Shown in pieces: positions 57,227 to 64,000 of a stretch of 64,000 nucleotides of DNA (positions are counted from its first letter, which is position 1; each line of letters opens with the position of its first letter). The notes under the pieces were generated by a model. That model saw nothing but the letters and a program-made list of their open reading frames with translations, searched no databases and was not told where the DNA came from. The position numbers and the translations under genes were made by a program. The stretch is taken from sequence record NC_048182.1; one strand, given 5' to 3'.

Positions 57227-57608
57227 CGCAGTGATCACATACGCAACAATGAAACTGGTTCAGATTATGAACGAGCGTAAAGGTAAACCAATCCCTAACT
57301 GGTGGAAGATTGAAGACGTTCAGGGTTTCGGTCTGCGGGTTACTGAGGGCGAACTGAATTTCATGATTACGGCTCAGGCATTCCCAGTAGAAGAACAGGG
57401 CCCAGGTAATTTCTTGGTTCGTCTGGTCTCTACCTTTATGTCTGCTCCTGTTGGTAGCGATGGTTTTGAATTCATGTCCATGCCGGTCGGTCAGTTACTG
57501 CAGCAAGATTTCCCCGTTTATGCCACTGGTGAACAAGAACTCCAGGATGGCATCATGCAACTCATTTCTGACGAAGCAGAGAACATCCTGTGTCAGATAC
57601 TCCAATAA
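57213..57608 (+). CDS. Hypothetical protein
   Basis: GAGG RBS. Confidence 0.75.
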   Translation: MAATSAVITYATMKLVQIMNERKGKPIPNWWKIEDVQGFGLRVTEGELNFMITAQAFPVEEQGPGNFLVRLVSTFMSAPVGSDGFEFMSMPVGQLLQQDFPVYATGEQELQDGIMQLISDEAENILCQILQ

Positions 57609-57746
57609 GCTCCTAGAAACGATTCTGGGGCGTTAAATTAAGTAATACTGAGGTCTGTATCATTTAGACAGACAAAAGGTCATAAGGCGATTCTGGAGCT
57701 TATGACTTCTGACATTCAACTTTTAATCCAAAAGGAAATAGAGTAA

Positions 57747-58694
57747 ATGAAAGATTTTAACATTTATGCTTTCGGTGGTACTGGTACCAACATCCTGAAC
57801 AAATACCTGGCTGAAGGTAAAGGCCGTAAGTTCATTGATCAGGTTATCGGTGTGGATACCTCTGAAGCCAACCCGGTAGAAGAAGGTCTGTTCCCGGTTG
57901 TGCGTCTGGAAGGTGCCGAAGGTTCTGGCGGTAACCGTAAAGCTCACCAGCCGAAGTTTGATGACTTCGCAAAACAGATCTTTGCTAAACATCCAGCCAA
58001 TAAACTGAACATCCTGGTTTACTCCCTGGCAGGCGGTACCGGTTCTTCTATTGGACCGTATGCGTTACGTCAGCTACTCCAGAAAAAGATCCCTACCCTG
58101 GTAATCTGTGTCGGTGACATTTCTACTCTTAACGAGCAGAACAACACCGTTGATACCCTGGGTTCCATGTACAACCAGACCAAACTGGGCGTGCCGGTAA
58201 TCTTCTCTTACCTGGAAAACGGTGACGAAGTCAGCCAGGGTGAAATCAACCGTCGCGCTTGTTCTATTATTGACAATGCGATCATGATGTTCAACCTGAA
58301 AAACGAACGCGTTGATTATGCCGACGTGAAGAACTTCTTCTTCTTTACTGACATCGTTAAAGCCGATCCAATCATGTCTCAGCTGACGTTCCTGGGTGAT
58401 GCAGATTGCCCTAACTACAAACGTAAGCCAGTGGCTGCTATCAGTCTGTACAACGATATCGATGATATTCGCGTGCCGTTTGAAAACATGCTGTACCGTA
58501 AATCTGGTATCTACGGTGAAGAATACCTGGGCGGTTCTGATACCGTTCACGCCGTTCTTGACCATGGTTCCACACTGCAAAGCTTGAAAGAGTTTATTGC
58601 AGAACGTGATTCCAAAACCAACGAGCTGTCCGGTCAGTTTAAGAACACCGAAGCTAGCTTGTTTGCTGGCGGTGACGACGACGGCATGATGTAA
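57747..58694 (+). CDS. phuZ: PhuZ phage tubulin (FtsZ/TubZ family)
   Basis: FGGTGTNI N-terminal loop, tubulin signature SLAGGTGSSIG, VDYADVKN T7-like loop and an acidic C-tail DDDGMM. Confidence 0.93.
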   Translation: MKDFNIYAFGGTGTNILNKYLAEGKGRKFIDQVIGVDTSEANPVEEGLFPVVRLEGAEGSGGNRKAHQPKFDDFAKQIFAKHPANKLNILVYSLAGGTGSSIGPYALRQLLQKKIPTLVICVGDISTLNEQNNTVDTLGSMYNQTKLGVPVIFSYLENGDEVSQGEINRRACSIIDNAIMMFNLKNERVDYADVKNFFFFTDIVKADPIMSQLTFLGDADCPNYKRKPVAAISLYNDIDDIRVPFENMLYRKSGIYGEEYLGGSDTVHAVLDHGSTLQSLKEFIAERDSKTNELSGQFKNTEASLFAGGDDDGMM

Positions 58695-58729
58695 GTGTAA
58701 CGAGGAGCTGCGGGAATTCCCGCAGCTTT

Positions 58730-59026
58730 ATGGCGGCTATGAAGATTTTATTTAACCTGGCAGGATATCGTGGTCAATTAGCTGAACTGAATAAGAATGA
58801 CGTCGGGGCAGCAAATGACATTATACATCGAGTGTGCTCTGATATTGGATTCCCCGTCCAAAACAAGACATTCGATCCTAACCAATCTCTTGTGCATGGC
58901 ATGGTGTTTGAAAACATCAGAGACTATGTAGAAGAAAAGCTTTTCTGTGTACCAACCACAGATGTAGCACATCTTGCAGATTTGGGCAATCTTCAATTTC
59001 AACTAACTTTACACAATCGGAAATAG
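58730..59026 (+). CDS. Hypothetical protein
   Basis: 98 aa downstream of phuZ. Confidence 0.6.
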   Translation: MAAMKILFNLAGYRGQLAELNKNDVGAANDIIHRVCSDIGFPVQNKTFDPNQSLVHGMVFENIRDYVEEKLFCVPTTDVAHLADLGNLQFQLTLHNRK

Positions 59027-59028
59027 CA

Positions 59029-59502
59029 ATGTACAACATTGATAGACGTGGACTAGAGTCAGCCATTACTATCGGTCTAATTCCCTCATTTAAGAAGGAA
59101 GATGATTCAGGCGATCAAGTAACCTATTATTTCAATCTGTGTTTAGATATGATCATAGGAGCTTTGAATAGTACAACCCGTAATTTGGATGATGCTATCG
59201 AAGAACAACTTGACCGTTTCCCGGAAGATATCAAACTCCCGTTCTTGACAGAAATTATCTACAATGAGCTGGTCGATATCAAACGTCAATTTATTTCAGC
59301 CGGTTTCGATAACCGATTGAAGTATAAACTCGTTTCCCGTGAAGTGGGTCGTTATAAGTTCTACGGTATTGCAATGGACTTGGATGAAACATTCCTAACC
59401 ATGTGTGCCAATGAACTTGAAAATCCGGTAGAAGACAGCGGGGCTAACATTGTGGCAGCGGAGCCGACAATTGAACAACTTAACGAAATCCTCAACTGGT
59501 AG
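59029..59502 (+). CDS. Hypothetical protein
   Basis: 157 aa ORF. Confidence 0.7.
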   Translation: MYNIDRRGLESAITIGLIPSFKKEDDSGDQVTYYFNLCLDMIIGALNSTTRNLDDAIEEQLDRFPEDIKLPFLTEIIYNELVDIKRQFISAGFDNRLKYKLVSREVGRYKFYGIAMDLDETFLTMCANELENPVEDSGANIVAAEPTIEQLNEILNW

Positions 59503-60049
59503 TTTTGTTTCTTTCAGAGGGTTCGACAGCGAAATCGAGAAATACCTCGAAGGCAAAATCGCGTTATCCCATAAGTTGATTAATCAGCCTGATATTCCGT
59601 TGATTGTGGATTCACTGAGAGAATACCTGATTCGTAATGCTGGTTGTTTCAGTATCTCAGGTTTCTATCGACCGAATGATTTAACCATCTGGTATGACCG
59701 TCAGGCCATTCTGGAAGAGTTTGATGACTTGCTGTTATTATTCAAGGATTGGATTGAAACTCTCGGTGTTGATCGTACCCAACAGTACACGCTAATTCGA
59801 TATCGTGACAACTTGAACTTCATCATGGTTGATGTAGTAGTTGAACACGAACCTGGTTTAGTTAGTGTTTTGGATGATGACCATCCTGTTATCAAGCACG
59901 CAATGGAAGAAGCGGAACATTTCGTCTATGAATTTATTAGCCGACTTGAAGACCGTTTTGATGCGATTGATGACGCAGAAGCATTTGTTAAAGACTTGAT
60001 AGGCGACCGGTTGAAAGAAACCGTAAAACGTCATATCAAAATAGACTAA
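59450..60049 (+). CDS. Acidic hypothetical protein (start uncertain)
   Basis: The ORF-track start is a GTG overlapping the previous gene by 53 nt; there is no ATG near the 5' end. Confidence 0.6.
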   Translation: MWQRSRQLNNLTKSSTGSFVSFRGFDSEIEKYLEGKIALSHKLINQPDIPLIVDSLREYLIRNAGCFSISGFYRPNDLTIWYDRQAILEEFDDLLLLFKDWIETLGVDRTQQYTLIRYRDNLNFIMVDVVVEHEPGLVSVLDDDHPVIKHAMEEAEHFVYEFISRLEDRFDAIDDAEAFVKDLIGDRLKETVKRHIKID

Positions 60050-60057
60050 GGTATCCC

Positions 60058-60465
60058 ATGGCGAAGATGTATTCGGTGAATGTCTTCCCATTATCCAAAA
60101 TCATTAAGCGTTACAGTTTAGATCAAGATACCTTCTTCGACATCATCTTTGACTTCCTCTCGCACCAGCGGGAGGAGGTCTTGAACCTTCGCTTGTTTCA
60201 GCGTTATGGTTTTGCCGGTGAAAGTATAAAAGAGGAGATAAGACCTATCTTATACACTTTACTTGATGAACTAAAACGATCGGATAATGTGGAAGGGTAT
60301 TTTATTACTAAAAACCAGTTTTATGTGAAAGACGGAGATTCTTATTATGACCACCACACCGACGACAGGCGATCAACCGAAACAAGTTTACGCACATACT
60401 TTCATGTATCCAGGCGTCCCACTGACATCATTAATGAGTACGGTTGGGATGTTACTGAGTGCTAA
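60058..60465 (+). CDS. Hypothetical protein
   Basis: 135 aa ORF. Confidence 0.65.
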   Translation: MAKMYSVNVFPLSKIIKRYSLDQDTFFDIIFDFLSHQREEVLNLRLFQRYGFAGESIKEEIRPILYTLLDELKRSDNVEGYFITKNQFYVKDGDSYYDHHTDDRRSTETSLRTYFHVSRRPTDIINEYGWDVTEC

Positions 60466-60670
60466 CTATGTGGAACACTCTATCCCTATCGATCCAAACT
60501 TTGATCCACAGTCCCTTACCTCTGGTAACGTTCAAGCAGATCAAAGATTCATGCACGAGTACATGGCATTTCACCAAACCCTTGGTACATTATCTCGTGA
60601 ATACAAGCGGGTAACGTGTCAGTGTCAATCTAATGGCACAGCACTTTATCTTCATCTATACTGCTATTAG
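60434..60670 (+). CDS. Hypothetical protein
   Basis: 78 aa from MSTVGMLL. Confidence 0.55.
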   Translation: MSTVGMLLSANYVEHSIPIDPNFDPQSLTSGNVQADQRFMHEYMAFHQTLGTLSREYKRVTCQCQSNGTALYLHLYCY

Positions 60671-60678
60671 GTACACAA

Positions 60679-61383
60679 ATGAGAATCCAAACCAAAGAGC
60701 TTGGTGAATTACCAGATACAACAGTATACGTGCATGTTAACACTTTCGATTATCCGAAACTGATTGCACGTATCATCAAACACGCTGACCTGCATGATAC
60801 AGAAGTATCCTCTACAGTCATCACCAGAATCTTCAAAGATCTGGAACGTGTCTATAACCATAACAAACGTGATGAGTTAAGTGCCGAAGAAATCAAGGTC
60901 GCCGAAACTTTCATGAAAGAATTCGCTGGCCTGCGTTTTGCCGACTATGAAGACGAAGGAGCTTCTGAATTCTATACAGCATTAAGCGAAGCGATTGATT
61001 GGTCTCTTCAGAACTTCCAGGAATTTCTCACTGGTGAGATTCCTGAAGACGATGTGTCTGAAACCACTTTAGCGTTTTATCATGCTCTTTTGGAATTGAT
61101 GGATATCGAATCCTTCAATAACAGTGGTGAGGATGACGAAGCTGCTGTGGAAGCCGCCATGATGACAATGGAACGTCTTCAAGAAATCCTGGATGATTAT
61201 AAGAGTGGTGAGTTTGATGAAGTTCAACTGGCTATTCTGTCTGAGATGGAGAAGCTGCTGGCTGACCATGAAATCATTACTGGGATCATGGTTGAGGATA
61301 AACCAGGGAAAACCGTTAAGTACGGGGATTCTTTGGTGACATTCCCAATCATCTATATCAAGGCAACCGGCTATGGACATTAG
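60679..61383 (+). CDS. Acidic hypothetical protein
   Basis: 234 aa, rich in E/D. Confidence 0.75.
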   Translation: MRIQTKELGELPDTTVYVHVNTFDYPKLIARIIKHADLHDTEVSSTVITRIFKDLERVYNHNKRDELSAEEIKVAETFMKEFAGLRFADYEDEGASEFYTALSEAIDWSLQNFQEFLTGEIPEDDVSETTLAFYHALLELMDIESFNNSGEDDEAAVEAAMMTMERLQEILDDYKSGEFDEVQLAILSEMEKLLADHEIITGIMVEDKPGKTVKYGDSLVTFPIIYIKATGYGH

Positions 61384-61792
61384 TTTAATCAAAAACGGTG
61401 ATATCGTTAACTTCGATATGATCCGTTCTGGCATCTTCGGTGATCAATATAAAGCGGCAATTGTTTCAGCAGTTTGTGATTACAATACCGCTCGCATTGT
61501 TGATCCCGATATCAATGCCAAGCATTCCAACTTCTATCCTTTCTTTAAGGATAAAGTGGATAACGTAGATAACCCAGCTATCTACAAGTACATGATTCTC
61601 CAACTGGATAAGACAGTATCCAAGTTGGTGGTAATCGGATTCCCTTGGATTAACCAAGACAGTCTGAAAACCATTGAAACTCGTTACGCCACTGTCATCA
61701 TCCAAAACTTCCAAGAATATCATCGTGCTCCATTGATAGACTTCCTGGAAAACCTTGGAACCACTTATCAGTACACTGTAAGCGACGAGTAA
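61373..61792 (+). CDS. Conserved protein upstream of DNA polymerase
   Basis: 139 aa in the usual position before the polymerase subunit in phiKZ-like phages (synteny only). Confidence 0.7.
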   Translation: MDISLIKNGDIVNFDMIRSGIFGDQYKAAIVSAVCDYNTARIVDPDINAKHSNFYPFFKDKVDNVDNPAIYKYMILQLDKTVSKLVVIGFPWINQDSLKTIETRYATVIIQNFQEYHRAPLIDFLENLGTTYQYTVSDE

Positions 61793-61804
61793 AATAATTA
61801 ACTG

Positions 61805-61838
61805 ATTACTGAATCTACCATAAGGTAGGTTCGGTAAT
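61805..61838 (+). terminator. Intrinsic terminator
   Basis: ATTACTGAATCTACC-ATAA-GGTAGGTTCGGTAAT followed by T-rich sequence. Confidence 0.75.
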
Positions 61839-61886
61839 CTTTTTACTGCAAATTTATTTTTTTTTTATTCCGGTGAGGGAATTGAA

Positions 61887-63965
61887 ATGTCAGGAGTAGG
61901 TCCATTTCTCTCAGAGAACTATGAGAGCGATCGCAACTTAATAAAGTTAGCCATTGAGCAACACTCTATGGTGATTGGTCGTACTAACGGGTTAAATGAA
62001 GATGAGGTTAAGAGCAACCTCCTCGAATACTTTAAAGATCATCGCGAGCAATATAAATCTCGCCGTGCAAAGGTAATTGTAAAGAACAAGGTAGAAGACC
62101 GTGAGGTTAAGATCCTCCCACTATCTGCAGTCTTCAAACATGTTCAACAACAGAATTATCATTTCTCTCCGTCCATGGTTGCTTATAAGAACTCAGACGA
62201 AGAAGAATGCATTAACTCAATCGGTACTCGCCTGTTCATCGATAACCGTTCCTACTATAAAGGACTGATGCAGAAAGCGCGTGATGTTGGCGACAACGAG
62301 AACCGTGATAAGTATAAAGAAATTCAGAACGCCTTTAAGATCTTTAACAACGCCCAATCCGGCGCAATGTCATCTGAAGGTACTCCAATCAACAACAAGA
62401 CTGGTCATACATCACTGACTTCTACTTGTCGTTGTCTGACTTCTACAGCAAACCTGATAAACGAACAGTTCATCGCGGGGAATAGGTTCTATAATACCCC
62501 GGAGAACACGTTGCAAGCCATTGTGGCAAGACTTAAGGTAACGGACTATAAATCCCTTGAGAACGTAATGGAGAAGTACCAGCTTCATTACGCGACTGTT
62601 GATGACCTAATGGAACGTGTTGAGTATTGCTCAAAACGCTATTGGGAATCAGCCAGACACATGGGAATCATCCGTAAGTTCCTGGAAGGTCTGTCAGCCC
62701 TTGAACGTTCTGCTGTTTTGTACAACCTGGACTTGGTATCCCTTTATCAGCATAACACCAAGTTTATTAATCAGTTCTTTGATGAATGGATTCACATCCC
62801 TGAGCCAGAAGAAGGTAAAGAAGCAGAAGACTATTTAAAACCGGATAACGGTGATAAATATGTACTATGTGTTTCTAAACTTCCTCGTAAGCCAGCACAA
62901 GTTGTTATCAATGCGCTAAACACTCATCACGATTATGTTGAGAAGAAATACACCGACTTTATGCGTGAGTTCTTCCATTCAACTATTCCGCCATCAGGGT
63001 TGTTTGATGTAACCTCTGCGGTTCGTGACTGTGTACTGACTTCCGATACTGACTCCTCAATCTACACCGTGGATGAAATGATCGAAGCATACACCCATGA
63101 CCGTGACAAAGGTATCCGTCTTAATGGTGTTCTGACTTACTTCATTCGCATGATCTCTGTTGACCAACACCAGCAGTTGTCAGCTAACCTTAACGTAACG
63201 AAGAAAAACCTTCGTATGTTGGGTATGAAGAACGAATACTATTTCGGTGCTTATGTTACCACCCTGATGTCTAAACACTATTATGCGAGTCAGCAAATGG
63301 TTGAAGGTGTTATGAACGTTGAACCTGAAATGGAAATCAAAGGGGTTCACTTGAAGTCGTCTAAGATTGCATCTAACATTAAAGACTTCGCTCAAAAGTT
63401 AATGGTAGATACACTTAACGCAATTGAACACAAAAAGAAACTCAATGCAGCGGAGACTCTGAAAGAGATTGGTGATCTGGAACGCACTATCGTTGACGAT
63501 ATACATTCAGGTGACTGGAAGTGGTTATCTCGACAGGGTGTTAAGGGCGCGTCGTCTTACAGCAAACCAATGGCTTCTGTGTACTTCTATCATGAACTGT
63601 GGGAACAAGTGTTCTCCGAGAAATATGGTCCTGCTCCAGAACTTCCTTATGTTGGTATCAAAATGTCCGTAGACCTTGGCAGCAAGACAAAGGTTAAAGA
63701 CTTTATTGAGAAACTGGAAGATAAAGGCCTGGCAGCCCGTTTTGAGAAATTCATGGAAGTAAATGGCCGTAGTGATTTAGGTAACCTAGTTATCCCTATG
63801 GAACGTCTCCAATATCTGGCTGACATTCCAGCCGAAGTGAAACAGGCTATCGATTATCGCACAATCATTAAACAGAACCTGAAGTGTGTTTATGAAGTAC
63901 TGAACTCAACCGGTTTGTACTTTATGAATGACAGTATTACACGTCTGGTATCTGACGAACATTAA
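61887..63965 (+). CDS. Split family-B DNA polymerase, polymerase-domain subunit (phiKZ gp50-like)
   Basis: Motif B variant QNAFKIFNNAQSG, motif C VLTSDTDS, K.YY and KG motifs; no exonuclease domain. Confidence 0.9.
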   Translation: MSGVGPFLSENYESDRNLIKLAIEQHSMVIGRTNGLNEDEVKSNLLEYFKDHREQYKSRRAKVIVKNKVEDREVKILPLSAVFKHVQQQNYHFSPSMVAYKNSDEEECINSIGTRLFIDNRSYYKGLMQKARDVGDNENRDKYKEIQNAFKIFNNAQSGAMSSEGTPINNKTGHTSLTSTCRCLTSTANLINEQFIAGNRFYNTPENTLQAIVARLKVTDYKSLENVMEKYQLHYATVDDLMERVEYCSKRYWESARHMGIIRKFLEGLSALERSAVLYNLDLVSLYQHNTKFINQFFDEWIHIPEPEEGKEAEDYLKPDNGDKYVLCVSKLPRKPAQVVINALNTHHDYVEKKYTDFMREFFHSTIPPSGLFDVTSAVRDCVLTSDTDSSIYTVDEMIEAYTHDRDKGIRLNGVLTYFIRMISVDQHQQLSANLNVTKKNLRMLGMKNEYYFGAYVTTLMSKHYYASQQMVEGVMNVEPEMEIKGVHLKSSKIASNIKDFAQKLMVDTLNAIEHKKKLNAAETLKEIGDLERTIVDDIHSGDWKWLSRQGVKGASSYSKPMASVYFYHELWEQVFSEKYGPAPELPYVGIKMSVDLGSKTKVKDFIEKLEDKGLAARFEKFMEVNGRSDLGNLVIPMERLQYLADIPAEVKQAIDYRTIIKQNLKCVYEVLNSTGLYFMNDSITRLVSDEH

Positions 63966-64000
63966 TCAATCATATGTAAACATATCACGGGTTCTAGAGG

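Noticed and set aside
59450-59560. Programmed frameshift fusing 59029-59502 to the next ORF
   Set aside because: There is no slippery heptamer, and a GTG start with a GGGG RBS explains the overlap adequately.

Overview
This window is 64 kb of a phiKZ-related (Chimalliviridae-like) jumbo phage genome. Core genes seen, left to right: the 3' part of a virion RNA polymerase beta-like subunit; a modular endolysin; head-protein and prohead-protease genes; tail tube and sheath; baseplate/virion proteins; terminase large subunit; thymidylate kinase; glutaredoxin; tRNA-Tyr; a PhuZ tubulin; and a split family-B DNA polymerase subunit. Two accessory blocks (about 8.5-20 kb and 38-57 kb) contain small plus-strand ORFs, many in paralogous families, behind a recurring ATATTAT-N5-TG promoter-like motif. 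The most unusual part is a mostly non-coding island at about 34.4-38.0 kb. On its minus strand is a roughly 680-nt, densely base-paired RNA that starts at the glutaredoxin stop codon. It ends in a hammerhead ribozyme with an intact core, a GUC cleavage site and a possible loop-II pseudoknot. The island also holds a tRNA with a structured trailer, a second structured RNA, a Tad2/DUF2829-like anti-defence sponge gene and a three-unit double-hairpin array sharing AACTCAT. Assignments to phiKZ/SPN3US gene numbers come from motifs and remembered synteny, not from a database search.
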